Shown: positions 20,264 to 31,093, counted from the stretch's first letter. The stretch is 64,000 nucleotides of DNA from Candidatus Borrarchaeum weybense (GCA_019057385.1 JAHQJS010000004.1:1072968-1136967); one strand, 5' to 3'. Numbers and translations: made by a program. Notes: generated from the sequence alone by a model not told the origin.

Positions 20264-21520
20264 GTGTCTACAATGGGAAAGACGTTAACTGAAAAGATTC
20301 TTTCGAAAGCATCTGGTAAAGAATGTAGAGCCAACGACATCGTTGTTGTAGATGTCAATGTTGCGATGGCACATGATAGCACAGCACCTTTGGCTATTGA
20401 AGAAATGTACAAAATGAAAGATCATGTGTTCGATCCTGATAAGATTGTTATTGTGCTTGATCATGTAGCCCCTTCTCCAACTGTAATTATGTCTAATGTG
20501 CATAAGGGCATAAGAGAATTCGTTCGTAAGACTAACGTTCATTTTTATGATGTAGGTGAAGGAATTTGTCATCAACTTCTCATTGAGAACCATATTAAGC
20601 CTTATGATGTTGTTATTGGCGCAGATTCGCACACCTGCACTCATGGAGCGGTCGGCGCATTTGCAACTGGTATGGGAAGTACAGACTTAGCAGCTATTTT
20701 TGCATATGGAAAGACTTGGTTAAAAGTTCCTGAAGCTGTTAAAATTTCAGTAAATGGGGATCTTAAATTTCCACTCACGCCAAAAGATGTGATTTTGGAT
20801 ATCGCAAGGGAAGTTACCGCCGACGGGGCAACCTACAAGGCTATTGAATTCGAGGGTGAAACGGTATCCAATATGAATATGCCTGGACGATTCACCTTAT
20901 GTAATATGGCGATTGAAATGGGCGGAAAAACTGGATTAATCGCAGTTGATGAAGTTACAGAACGTTTTTTTAAAACAGAACGCGGTATAGGTAGTATCCC
21001 ATCTCTTACAAGTGATGAAAATGCTGAGTATATAGATCACTATGAATTTGACGCAACAAGCCTAGAACCTATGATCGCATTTCCACACAGAGTTGACAAT
21101 GTAAAACCAGTGACCGAGTTTGAAGGGTTAGAAATACATCAGTGTTTCATTGGAACCTGTACAAATGGTCGACTTGAAGATTTAGAAATCGCAACTCGAT
21201 TCTTAAAAGGAAAGAAAGTCAAATCAAGGTTGATTGTGATACCAGCATCAAGGAAAGTATATCTGGAGGCATTAGAGCGGGGGTATATAAACACCTTGAT
21301 GGAGGCTGGAGCGATTATTGGTCCAGCTAGTTGCGGCCCTTGTGTTGGGAGGAACTTTGGGATACTAGCTGACGGCGAAGTGTGTCTTACAACGCAAAAT
21401 CGAAATTTTAAGGGTAGAATGGGAAACCCAAAATCAGAATTATTCCTTGCTTCACCAGCAACTACTGCCGTTTCCGCAATTTATGGAAAAATTACAGATC
21501 CAAGAGGTGAACTCAAATGA
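20264..21520 (+). CDS. Homoaconitase / isopropylmalate isomerase large subunit
   Basis: GICHQ, GADSHTCT, IGTCTNGR, SCGPCVG, NRNFKGRMG. Confidence 0.92.
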   Translation: MSTMGKTLTEKILSKASGKECRANDIVVVDVNVAMAHDSTAPLAIEEMYKMKDHVFDPDKIVIVLDHVAPSPTVIMSNVHKGIREFVRKTNVHFYDVGEGICHQLLIENHIKPYDVVIGADSHTCTHGAVGAFATGMGSTDLAAIFAYGKTWLKVPEAVKISVNGDLKFPLTPKDVILDIAREVTADGATYKAIEFEGETVSNMNMPGRFTLCNMAIEMGGKTGLIAVDEVTERFFKTERGIGSIPSLTSDENAEYIDHYEFDATSLEPMIAFPHRVDNVKPVTEFEGLEIHQCFIGTCTNGRLEDLEIATRFLKGKKVKSRLIVIPASRKVYLEALERGYINTLMEAGAIIGPASCGPCVGRNFGILADGEVCLTTQNRNFKGRMGNPKSELFLASPATTAVSAIYGKITDPRGELK

Positions 21521-22029
21521 AAACCGTAATTCGAGGAAAAGTATTTGTCTTCGGAGATGATGTAAACACAGATGAGATCATTCCAGGCATTAGAATTCGC
21601 GATGCTCCCAACTTACAAGACCTCGCAAAATATACCTTTGAACCAGTAAGACCTAATTTTTGGAAGGAAGTAAAAGAAGGCGACATAATAATGGCTGGAA
21701 AAAACTTCGGATGTGGAAGCTCGAGAGAGATGGCTCCTTTAGTAATAAAAGAAACTGGAATAAGAGCAATTCTTGCCAAATCTTTTGCCAGGATTTTCTA
21801 TAGGAATGCAGTTAATATTGGTCTGCCACCACTTGAATCTAAAGATATTAATCAATTTGTTCAGGAAGGCGATGAACTAGAAATCAATTTGGATGAGTTT
21901 GCAGTAACAAATATTACGAAAAATAAGTCAATACGGCTCAAACCACTCCCTACGTTTTTAATAGAAATGCTGCAGGAAGGAGGGCTTGTCTCTTATCTGA
22001 TAACGAAAGATGGTTATTCAACTATTTAG
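21517..22029 (+). CDS. Homoaconitase / isopropylmalate isomerase small subunit
   Basis: DVNTDEIIP, NFGCGSSRE, SFARIFYRN. Confidence 0.92.
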   Translation: MKTVIRGKVFVFGDDVNTDEIIPGIRIRDAPNLQDLAKYTFEPVRPNFWKEVKEGDIIMAGKNFGCGSSREMAPLVIKETGIRAILAKSFARIFYRNAVNIGLPPLESKDINQFVQEGDELEINLDEFAVTNITKNKSIRLKPLPTFLIEMLQEGGLVSYLITKDGYSTI

Positions 22030-22084
22030 GAAATTATAGAATCTGAACTAGAATGTGCTCTATTTGTTTCGAAACTCATAAGAC

Positions 22085-23317
22085 TTGATTGCAATGCATG
22101 AAGAGGCAATTAAGAATTTGATAGTGGAAAAAATTTCATCCTATCAATCAGAAATTCTTGATTTCACTAAGAGACTTATAAGTATACCAACTGAAAATCC
22201 GCTAGGTACGTCATATAAGGCATGTGTTGACATCATTGCAAAGAAATTACATGAGATTGGATTGGATTACACCATAATCGACGTCCCTGATATCACAGAC
22301 AGAAACCCATTTCCTCGTTATTGCCTCTTAAGTTTCAATGGAAAGGGTAAAAGGACTTTGTACTTCCATGGTCACTACGATGTTGTCCCCGCACAGAACG
22401 ATACTCAGTTCCGTCCGTATGTTGAGGATGGCAAACTCTACGGCCGTGGTTCCTCGGATATGAAGAGTGGCTTAGCAGCTATGATTTATGCCATCAAAGC
22501 AATAAAGGAAAGTAATATCGAACTCAACGGCAGGATTGGATTAGTTATAGTCCCAGATGAGGAGACTGGTGGCGCACGAGGATCACAATATCTCGTTGAA
22601 ACCGGCTTGCTCGGAAAAGACGGCATCGGAATGCTTATGCCAGAACCGACAAGCGGTATGATCTGGAACGCAAACCGCGGTGCCATTTCACTCCGTATAA
22701 CTGTGAAGGGCAAACCTGCTCATGTTGGTCTACATTATCAAGGTGTTAATGCATTTGAGCGAATGCTCGTTGTAGCAAATGCCTTACTAGAAGTAAAAGC
22801 TGATATTGAGTCTCGAAAGACTGATTTCAAGATTGAGCCAGAAGCAGCTCGACGCTCCATTCTATTGATTGGAGGAAGAAGTGAAGGCGGTACAAATTTT
22901 AATATCACACCTGCTGAGTGCTCGTTCACAGTAGATCGAAGAATTAATCCAGAAGAAGATCTTGAAACAGAAAAAAAGAGTTTATTCGATCTGTTTGACA
23001 AGCTTAGACGCGATGGTATAGATCTTGATATTGAGATTCTCCAAGAAGGGAGATCAACAGGCTTTCCAGAAGATCATCCTGTAGCAAAAACATTGGCTGA
23101 TAGCGTAAAATTGATTATAGGGCGAATTCCATCATTTGAAATGTGTCCTGGACTTTTAGAAATTCGTTTTTATGCCCAACAAGGAATTCCATCCTTTGCT
23201 TATGGACCGGGACTTTTGTCTGTTTCACATGGTCCTAATGAATTTGTTAAAATCAAAAAAATTTATAATTGCGCTACGATTTATGCTCTCACAGCCGCGC
23301 AATTACTGACATCTTAA
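22085..23317 (+). CDS. M20 family metallopeptidase (ArgE/DapE-like)
   Basis: GHYDVV, GRGSSDMKSG, DEETGG, EPT, H.PNE. Confidence 0.9.
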   Translation: MIAMHEEAIKNLIVEKISSYQSEILDFTKRLISIPTENPLGTSYKACVDIIAKKLHEIGLDYTIIDVPDITDRNPFPRYCLLSFNGKGKRTLYFHGHYDVVPAQNDTQFRPYVEDGKLYGRGSSDMKSGLAAMIYAIKAIKESNIELNGRIGLVIVPDEETGGARGSQYLVETGLLGKDGIGMLMPEPTSGMIWNANRGAISLRITVKGKPAHVGLHYQGVNAFERMLVVANALLEVKADIESRKTDFKIEPEAARRSILLIGGRSEGGTNFNITPAECSFTVDRRINPEEDLETEKKSLFDLFDKLRRDGIDLDIEILQEGRSTGFPEDHPVAKTLADSVKLIIGRIPSFEMCPGLLEIRFYAQQGIPSFAYGPGLLSVSHGPNEFVKIKKIYNCATIYALTAAQLLTS

Positions 23318-23338
23318 TTCAAAGAAAAGCCAAATACT

Positions 23339-25393
23339 CTAATAATCCTCTAGACTTGTAGGAATTGGTTTAATCATAGAACTAGAGCATAATTCATGAC
23401 TTGTACGCCCCTCTTTAGGTGCAGGAACATGGCAATTCGTGCGTAAAGTTGTTCCTAAGGAAGTTATAGTATCTCCAACTGCTCTGAACTTTTCTGCTAA
23501 TTCTGTAAGTGCGGAAGGTCCGACAAAACCTGTAACATCCTTTAAGAGGTTATTGTATTCGTGGGCTTTCCATTTACCGAAGAGTGAAATATAATTAAGT
23601 TTTTCTAGATCTATTATCGCTTCGCCACAACTTGGGCATACGAAATTAGGTCCAGTCAAAATCTCGTTGACCAGTTCATCGTATTCTTTTGAACCAAAGT
23701 TTAAAGCGCCCATTCGCTTAGGTAACACGCTTTGCAAACCAACAAGTTCAAGAGGAGGTTCTGATCTATGTCCACATTTTATACAGTAAAATTGTTTTTC
23801 TGTAAATAGTCTCCAGCAAACCGCTGGCAGTGGGTTATAAAAAATCCCGAGCTTGTGGAAGAAATAAACGCGAACTTGTTTATTTTTCCTCCAGTGAACC
23901 GTGTCTATTCCTAATGTGAGGAACTTAACATCAATAGGGAGTTTTGCATCCTCACAATCTAAAAAGAATTCTTTCCAATGAACGTCGGTTGCAATGTATT
24001 TTACGATTGTCTGCTTTTTTCTAAATCCTCCGGGTTCGCCTCCAAAAGGCTGGAAAACAAAGTCTATTCTCTCAAAATCAGGAAGTTCATGCTCCCAGTA
24101 GACCGGTTCATACCAAGGTTGCTCTCTAATGCGCTTGTCAATCCAGAAATACCATAATCGTAATGCTAGATGATCTTCTTGGCTTGAAAATCCACTTGAA
24201 GACCCAATAAACGAAAATAACTCGGGAACAACCATTCTGATAGGGTCATAGAAGATGTCGTCAGTGATATGTCCAAATAATTTACCAATCTTTTCATCAG
24301 CAAGATAGGCCTCCACTGTGCCTTTTTTGTGATAAATCACCTTAAGATCAATATTTGGATCATAAGGCACATATTTTATCGTATCAATGGGATACCATCG
24401 TGGGTTATAGAGTGGTTTTCTGTTTCCATCAAAACGAATTTCAATTTTGTCTTTAGCGATGCGTTCATATACTGGTCTTACATAATCTAGATTTCCTTGG
24501 AGATCCTTCGGATAATGGAAAACAAAAGTTTGCTCACCAGAAGGAATTAACATATTATTTTTGTATTCTTCTTCAGCTAATAGAGTGACTGAATAAGATT
24601 TATTCAGAGTTCCGCTAGCACCTGGATAATGACGTACGAAGAAATAAGCAAAGCTCTCTGGCGCTACGTTTTTCATATTGAAACCAAAAGTTGACCCACC
24701 GCCCCAGAGAATCCTTAATCCATCTTTTCGAAGGTCAACGTTTACGTTTTCGTCATCAACGCCTAACACATATTTGGAATATTCCGCGTTGTCACTCTGA
24801 AATCCAGTGATCTTGGGTCGTATAATTAAATTTTCAATAGAGGGATCAGTCACAGTTACTCGAACTTTGAGAGTGCAAAGGCCTTCAGGTAGATACTCTA
24901 ATTCATTGAATGGAGGTCTATCGACAAGTTTTTCTAATTTCAGTTTAACACGATTGCGTCTTTTCTCAAAGAAATCCTCTCCATAATCTCTTTTTGCTAA
25001 GAAAGCACTTTGGGCTGCAATCGCGGCCTTTTCTTTACCGTACAGTTTTGGCGTAAATTTTTCAAACCATTTGCTATTGTTTTTAACAAAGCGTTTTTGT
25101 TTATCGGAAAGAGTGCCTAATAGATTTTTTACCCGATTATTAATATTATGAAGTGTCCGAGCTAAGTTCTGAGTTTTATCGAAGTTTAGCTTCTTTATTT
25201 CATCATCGATATTGTCAAGTCGTTTATTAACGTACTTTTTGGCATACCAAACGTATTTCTTGACAGTAGCTTCCATTAATTTGATTGCATCACGATTTTT
25301 AGGATCGATTTCAAGTATTTTTTGTAAATCATCTAAAGCAGCAGTGTAATATCCTCTTTTTAAACGCTCTTTTATTAAATCTATGGTCTCCAT
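23339..25393 (-). CDS. Hypothetical multidomain protein (TPR-like N-terminus, split Zn ribbon)
   Basis: 684-aa ORF; AL..L.KILEIDPKN TPR-like; CIKC and CPSC pairs. Confidence 0.75.
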   Translation of the reverse strand: METIDLIKERLKRGYYTAALDDLQKILEIDPKNRDAIKLMEATVKKYVWYAKKYVNKRLDNIDDEIKKLNFDKTQNLARTLHNINNRVKNLLGTLSDKQKRFVKNNSKWFEKFTPKLYGKEKAAIAAQSAFLAKRDYGEDFFEKRRNRVKLKLEKLVDRPPFNELEYLPEGLCTLKVRVTVTDPSIENLIIRPKITGFQSDNAEYSKYVLGVDDENVNVDLRKDGLRILWGGGSTFGFNMKNVAPESFAYFFVRHYPGASGTLNKSYSVTLLAEEEYKNNMLIPSGEQTFVFHYPKDLQGNLDYVRPVYERIAKDKIEIRFDGNRKPLYNPRWYPIDTIKYVPYDPNIDLKVIYHKKGTVEAYLADEKIGKLFGHITDDIFYDPIRMVVPELFSFIGSSSGFSSQEDHLALRLWYFWIDKRIREQPWYEPVYWEHELPDFERIDFVFQPFGGEPGGFRKKQTIVKYIATDVHWKEFFLDCEDAKLPIDVKFLTLGIDTVHWRKNKQVRVYFFHKLGIFYNPLPAVCWRLFTEKQFYCIKCGHRSEPPLELVGLQSVLPKRMGALNFGSKEYDELVNEILTGPNFVCPSCGEAIIDLEKLNYISLFGKWKAHEYNNLLKDVTGFVGPSALTELAEKFRAVGDTITSLGTTLRTNCHVPAPKEGRTSHELCSSSMIKPIPTSLEDY

Positions 25394-25697
25394 ACTGACC
25401 TATCTCCGCATTCGTCAGCTATAAGTTTCGATTATATAAGACGAATTATTCACGAAAAATATTGTTTTGTTGGTTTGTATTTCTTTCTATGATGAAAAAT
25501 GACTACATCCTAAAAAAATATTTGGACACATCATCTGTTCGCCTGATGTCATCTAAATTTCATTGGTATTAAATTAAGAATTCGCAAAACAAGTATTCAC
25601 AAAAAAAAGGAAAAAAAAGATCTCAATTGCCTTTTAAAACCATATATCACATATAGAAACAATAGTCTACGTTTATCGATTGATCTATTCCAGGTGC

Positions 25698-25925
25698 CTA
25701 CTTATTAAGTACAACGTAAATAATGCTTGCTATCTGTCCGATTACGGCTATTACCATCCCTACAAACATTAGCACAATGCCTACGACTCCTCCAGCTAAA
25801 CCACCGAGACCAATCGCAGCGCCTAAACCGCCGACAATTGCAATCACAAAACCGATCACGAGCCAAATCAAACCATAGAGAAATGCTTTAATTCCTAAAA
25901 TGAAGGCTTCGCCCCATGTTACCAT
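25698..25925 (-). CDS. Small 2-TM membrane protein
   Basis: 75 aa, hydrophobic and Gly-rich, GGAGGT SD upstream. Confidence 0.75.
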   Translation of the reverse strand: MVTWGEAFILGIKAFLYGLIWLVIGFVIAIVGGLGAAIGLGGLAGGVVGIVLMFVGMVIAVIGQIASIIYVVLNK

Positions 25926-26093
25926 AGATACCTCTCCGTTTTTTTAAATGAAATATTGGCGTTCACCTTAATATATCATTTTGTTTTTTAAACAAAGTCG
26001 ATTCTTTTTGGAAAGGCGTTTCAAAGCAAAGGCAATATGATTAAATGGCTAATTGTCGAAATATGTAGGAAAAATATCTGGAGAAGTGGTAGT

Positions 26094-26699
26094 TCAGAAA
26101 GAAACATACGGTCTACATTGGTTTTTTCGAATTGCGTCTACAATATCATCTATAGATTCAATAGTTGTTTCAAAAATTGTAGTAGAACGTCCAACACATT
26201 TTAATGAATGTGCGTCTGAGCCTCCTATCATAGTTAAGTCTAACTGCTGCGCTGCCAACCGAGCTTTCGCTTTCGCTTTTTTACTATCCATTGCATTAGC
26301 AACTTCAATTCCGTCTAAGACATCTCCCAGATTATAAACCAAGTCACCTAAACTTCCATAAACGTTTCGAAAAGGATGTGATGCTACGACAACACCTCCC
26401 TTTTTGTGAATCTCTTTTATTGTGTCGATTGCACGTAGCCCCACAGGAAGTGTTTCGTCTATTCCATAAGCCAATAGATGCCCGTCTAAGGTAGTAACTT
26501 CAATCCCAAAAAAAACTTTGATATCATATTTTTCCTTTGCATATTTCTGAGCAATCCTCGCCCCATTTATGACGTCATGATCCGTAATAACAATACCATC
26601 AACATTTAATAGTGCTGAAAGAGTAGAGAGAAGTTCGTGAATCTCGATATGAGAACAAGCAGAATATTTTGTATGTACGTGCATATCTATAATCGACAT
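26094..26699 (-). CDS. PHP-domain phosphoesterase
   Basis: DMHVHT, ITDHD, SHP, GGSDAH. Confidence 0.92.
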   Translation of the reverse strand: MSIIDMHVHTKYSACSHIEIHELLSTLSALLNVDGIVITDHDVINGARIAQKYAKEKYDIKVFFGIEVTTLDGHLLAYGIDETLPVGLRAIDTIKEIHKKGGVVVASHPFRNVYGSLGDLVYNLGDVLDGIEVANAMDSKKAKAKARLAAQQLDLTMIGGSDAHSLKCVGRSTTIFETTIESIDDIVDAIRKNQCRPYVSF

Positions 26700-26707
26700 T
26701 TGTTTCC

Positions 26708-27460
26708 CTAAGCCTTTTTTTTGAGGAGATTCTCTGGTTTTTGTTTTCGTTGATTCAGAAAATACTCCAAGATATATTTTTGTGTCCTAAAAATAGACTT
26801 AATTGATAGTTTTGACTCACCTAATTTTCTTAGTTGATGTCGTACAGGTATTTCGATAACTTTGAACCCTAAATCTTCAGCCTTTTTTACTAATTCTGCA
26901 TCAATTAACCAGCCTTTTGAAGATATCTTTATTTTGGAAACAAATTCTCGTCTTAATGCTTTAGGCTTTCCATTAATATCATTATAATTCAATCCAAAAA
27001 ATAGACGCATAAGAACCCGATTATAAACCATTGAAACAATTTTCCGAAATAAAGAGTCTTTTCTATTCTTTCTCCATCCAATAACTAGTCCAACATTATC
27101 TCGTTGTAAATAATCCAAAAGAACCGGAATATCACTTGGATCGTTTTGTAGATCTGCATCGATCCATACTATGAATTCTGTTACAGATTCTTTGAACCCT
27201 GTTTTAATTACATCGGAGTATCCTTTATTCGTTTCATTTTGGACAAGACGTAAAAAAGGATATTCAGTAATAGCATTTTCGACTATTTCTGCAGTTCTAT
27301 CAGTACTTCCATCATCTATTACAATACATTCCATTTCCAATTTGGAGTTGGAATATAAGTCGTTCAAAGCATCAATTGTTGTTCTAATGGACGCTTCTTC
27401 GTTAAACGCTGGAATGAAGATGGATAGTCTTTTCATCTGAACCCTCATTTTTGTTGGCAT
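26708..27460 (-). CDS. GT2 glycosyltransferase (polyprenol-phosphate glycosyltransferase-like)
   Basis: IPAFNEE, DDGSTD, DADLQ, G.SK. Confidence 0.92.
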   Translation of the reverse strand: MPTKMRVQMKRLSIFIPAFNEEASIRTTIDALNDLYSNSKLEMECIVIDDGSTDRTAEIVENAITEYPFLRLVQNETNKGYSDVIKTGFKESVTEFIVWIDADLQNDPSDIPVLLDYLQRDNVGLVIGWRKNRKDSLFRKIVSMVYNRVLMRLFFGLNYNDINGKPKALRREFVSKIKISSKGWLIDAELVKKAEDLGFKVIEIPVRHQLRKLGESKLSIKSIFRTQKYILEYFLNQRKQKPENLLKKKA

Positions 27461-27554
27461 TGAGCAATTGTTTTTTCGTTGTGTCTTTTAGACTTTAATT
27501 GAAAATAGTTATGTGTAGATTATTTTAATATTCATCGTCTTAACGTAAGGAAAA

Positions 27555-29324
27555 CTACATTAGCACTTCAAAAATTTTTACTCTTTCATTTGTATAGACC
27601 TCTTGAAGATATATACTTGCTTCTGGATCAAATCCTTTAGCAGACTCCCAAGGACCAAAATATATGTATTGCACTTCAAAGTTTTCAATAATCTCAACTC
27701 TTTCTAGTTCAGAAGTGTCATCATCAAAGAATCTTTGTGTTATACGATCTCTTTCATCATTGAAAGGTGTTAATGCATCGTGACCATATACTACTTTGTT
27801 TCCTGTAAACACAGGAATTAGATATCCTGCTTTTTTCAGACAAAGTACAACCTCAGAGTCATCAGTATTTTCATTGAGCCAGTTAAAGGCATCCACTTCT
27901 TCTTTGTAAATGAAGGCATAGTAAGTGGGCTCTTGGTACAAGTCTATAATGAAGACGAAATTTGATGGAATGGTCGTTAAGAAAAGAATAAACAGAATTT
28001 GTTTTGCTCTTTTTGGTTTCATAAATCCTTGAGAGAACGTTTTTCCTGAAATTAGCTTCTTGTATAGAAAATAAAAACCTTCTGTAGATAATACAATAAG
28101 AGGAAAGGCAAAAGTATTTGCATAGTGAGATGGTTGAAAGGGATGGGCTATTCCTAATAATGGAGTAATATAGAAGTGATTTAAAAGAGCAAAAATTCCA
28201 ATTGCCCATGAAATAAAGAAAATGCTTTGATTAGTTCTTTCTCGCAGATAAAGGTATCCTCCAGGTATAGCTAAGATAAGAAGTAAGCCCCATGCTAGAA
28301 TATAATCATATAAGGGAATACTAAAAACTAATTGACGAAACTGAGCTACAACAATAGCTACGGACTCGAATTTACTTGTGATATATAGATTCCAGGCCAT
28401 AGGCGGAATAATTGAACTAATGATCGGAATCATTTCTTTCCATAGTATTCGTTTATTGAGCAAAGCACTTAGTATAACATGCATGAAAACGATTGCAGTC
28501 AATGAGAATGCTGTAAAATAGTGTGAACTCCATGTTAAGAGAGAAAACCCTGCTGAAATTAAAATGAAGTTATATTTATTTTCATTGGTTCCTCTTAGCC
28601 AATAATAAAGGCTAAGCAACATTAAGCAAAATGGGAAGACCCAATGTGGATAAAGTGTTAATGTAAAATGAGATGGCATCCACCAGTCATAAAATCTAGA
28701 TATGTCCTTATATTGAGTATAGCCGGTGTAAAAATCGCCGTAAAAGGCAATCATTATTATAAAGAGAATCCATGACCATCCCGATGACCATGCTGCTAGT
28801 GTAAAAGAAATGAAGACCTTTCTTTCATTATCTGGGAATATATATTTTAAGAATTTGTAAATAATCAGAAACAAAATGCTTCCTAGGATAATCCGTGACG
28901 CATGCCATAAAGGAATAAAGGAAATTCCAGTAATTAGCATAATTTTGCCAAGCAAGTTGAAATACAAGTAATAATAGACTTTAGGACTATTTGATGATGC
29001 GTCATAAGGATTGGCAAAAAGAAATCCAAAAGATTCAGAGGCTTCATGTGACCAGGCGCCATAGTAAAACTCATCATACTGATATATCCCTAGAAAAACC
29101 ATTCCTTCAGGTGCATGTTGGTACCAATAAAGTAAAGGGATAGAAAGAATGATTGGTATGATTATTGAAGTAAAAAGGACATAATGGATCATTTTAATGG
29201 GATAAATCTTAGAAAGACTTTCAAATCGTTTCATTTTTTCCCACAATTTTGCGATGTTTTTCACTTGATTTTTTTGCACTTTACAATTTATTAGATAATA
29301 TAAAATCTTTGGATTTGGACACAT
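27555..29324 (-). CDS. Multi-TM membrane protein, probable GT-C glycosyltransferase
   Basis: More than 10 TM segments, DE..Y acidic motif in the first loop, soluble C-terminal domain; upstream of the GT2. Confidence 0.6.
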   Translation of the reverse strand: MCPNPKILYYLINCKVQKNQVKNIAKLWEKMKRFESLSKIYPIKMIHYVLFTSIIIPIILSIPLLYWYQHAPEGMVFLGIYQYDEFYYGAWSHEASESFGFLFANPYDASSNSPKVYYYLYFNLLGKIMLITGISFIPLWHASRIILGSILFLIIYKFLKYIFPDNERKVFISFTLAAWSSGWSWILFIIMIAFYGDFYTGYTQYKDISRFYDWWMPSHFTLTLYPHWVFPFCLMLLSLYYWLRGTNENKYNFILISAGFSLLTWSSHYFTAFSLTAIVFMHVILSALLNKRILWKEMIPIISSIIPPMAWNLYITSKFESVAIVVAQFRQLVFSIPLYDYILAWGLLLILAIPGGYLYLRERTNQSIFFISWAIGIFALLNHFYITPLLGIAHPFQPSHYANTFAFPLIVLSTEGFYFLYKKLISGKTFSQGFMKPKRAKQILFILFLTTIPSNFVFIIDLYQEPTYYAFIYKEEVDAFNWLNENTDDSEVVLCLKKAGYLIPVFTGNKVVYGHDALTPFNDERDRITQRFFDDDTSELERVEIIENFEVQYIYFGPWESAKGFDPEASIYLQEVYTNERVKIFEVLM

Positions 29325-29480
29325 ATTTAGCAGAAAAAATTATATTTTATAATGAAAAACGCTTTAATAGAGAAGAACAAATACTTTTACAATAAAGAAA
29401 TGATTTTAGTAATTTCATTCTCTTATATAAGAGACAATTAAACTTAGAAGTGATAGCATAATCAAGGTGGGCAAAATAGT

Positions 29481-29846
29481 ATGGCGGATTTTGGGCAGAT
29501 AGAAGCTATACTAAAGGAGATCGGCAACGGGACTCCTGATATTCATGGACTTGCAGTTGTAAGCTCAGAGGGCTTACCTATCGCTTCTGAACTTCTTGGA
29601 GAAGCAGAAATGGAACGTGTTGCAGCTATGACTGCTGCTATGCTGGCCGTTGGTCAACGTTCAGCTGAAGAACTAAATAGGGGAACTTTTGAGCAAGTTT
29701 TTATAAAAGGAGAGCTCGGAGCTATTATTATCATTGAAATCGGGGAAGAAGCGGTATTAGCAGCTGTTACTGGTACTAAACCACGATTAGGACTAGTTTT
29801 TATGAATATGAGACGTGCTGCTGGGCAAATCAAAAGTTTGCTTTAA
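29481..29846 (+). CDS. Roadblock/LC7 domain protein
   Basis: AVVSSEGLPIAS, RVAAM.AA, QVFIKG..G, LGLV. Confidence 0.93.
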   Translation: MADFGQIEAILKEIGNGTPDIHGLAVVSSEGLPIASELLGEAEMERVAAMTAAMLAVGQRSAEELNRGTFEQVFIKGELGAIIIIEIGEEAVLAAVTGTKPRLGLVFMNMRRAAGQIKSLL

Positions 29847-29894
29847 ACAGAAAATACATTTTAAAATAAAATTGAACTTTCTAATAGACCATTT

Positions 29895-30266
29895 TTACAT
29901 TTTATTGTAGATGCGCCAATTAAACTCAATATCATGTAAAAATGTTTGAAATTCGAGATCTCTGCCTTCTGGATCCCTCGAAAAAAACCGATAAATGTTG
30001 TATTTATCATTTTTTTGAGGTTTTGTTTCTGCTCGATCCTTCATTTTTTCATATAGAGCATCAACTTCCTGAGGGGTCTTATAGAAGAATGTCAAAAGCC
30101 AACCTTTAGTTACCTCTCCTCCTCTTTCGCAAAAACCAAAGAGAAAATTGTCACGTTGGAGGATTACGCAATCTCCTTGGTCCAACCATACTTTTGAGCC
30201 AATAGATCTGTAGAATTCAACTATTCCTCGAAGATTGTTCGTCTTAAGAAATACTATGCCTGCCAT
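29895..30266 (-). CDS. VOC/glyoxalase family protein
   Basis: EFY...G and FFSRDPEGR.LEFQ motifs. Confidence 0.85.
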   Translation of the reverse strand: MAGIVFLKTNNLRGIVEFYRSIGSKVWLDQGDCVILQRDNFLFGFCERGGEVTKGWLLTFFYKTPQEVDALYEKMKDRAETKPQKNDKYNIYRFFSRDPEGRDLEFQTFLHDIEFNWRIYNKM

Positions 30267-30430
30267 TTTCCTTCCCCATCTATTTTGAGTGAATCTGAAT
30301 AATAAAGCACTATCTAATTCATTTCGGTTAACAAGTTAGATTTTCATGCTTATAACTAATTATTTAAGAGAAAAATAGTTAAAGGTGGACAGTGTTAAGA
30401 CTCTTAGAGTTTTCTATGATTGAAGTATAG

Positions 30431-31093
30431 GTGAATTGCGTGATTCCTAATCCTCTTTATCTCGACACTATTTCAATCGGTTGCTGGTTTGTGGTAGCTG
30501 GTTATCATTTTCTCATGTTTGGATTCTTTTTCTTTCAACGATTTCGCGCTAGAAGAATAGTATATTGGCTGTATCTAGCGCTCTTTTTCCTTCTTATGGC
30601 TTTTGGACGTGGCTTTTTTATTGTTTCGGATTTCTATCTTGACACTATTTTATGGTGGAGAATCGGAACCTGTATTCAATGGTTTGCACTGGCGTTTCTA
30701 GCGCTTCTCATCGGACATCTCATTTTGGATAACCTTTATCACCAAATCATAATAGCTATTCCTCCCCCTGTCATCGCGGTTCTAATTCTCTTTATTCCAG
30801 GAGTAGCACTATCGCCCTTTCGTTTTGCTGTCAATTATGTCTTAGCACCAATCTACGCGATTTTTCTCCCTGCTCTCTTCTTCTATTTGGCATATCACAG
30901 CGTCGGAACCATTCGCCGTGGTTCTATACTGAACGGCGTTGGCTTTTTGATACTTTATGCTGGAAGAGTTATGTCGTCTGAGGCAGTTAAGCAAGTATTA
31001 GCACCTTGGGTAGGCGCAATTTTTGCACCAGGTTTAGTAATCCTTGCATTACTTCTCATAAGCTGGGGCAACCAATACGAACTATTAACTTGA
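30431..31093 (+). CDS. 7-TM membrane protein of unknown function
   Basis: Seven hydrophobic segments counted by eye; no Lys in TM7. Confidence 0.7.
   Translation: MNCVIPNPLYLDTISIGCWFVVAGYHFLMFGFFFFQRFRARRIVYWLYLALFFLLMAFGRGFFIVSDFYLDTILWWRIGTCIQWFALAFLALLIGHLILDNLYHQIIIAIPPPVIAVLILFIPGVALSPFRFAVNYVLAPIYAIFLPALFFYLAYHSVGTIRRGSILNGVGFLILYAGRVMSSEAVKQVLAPWVGAIFAPGLVILALLLISWGNQYELLT

Noticed and set aside
30431-31093. Rhodopsin
   Set aside because: No Lys in helix 7
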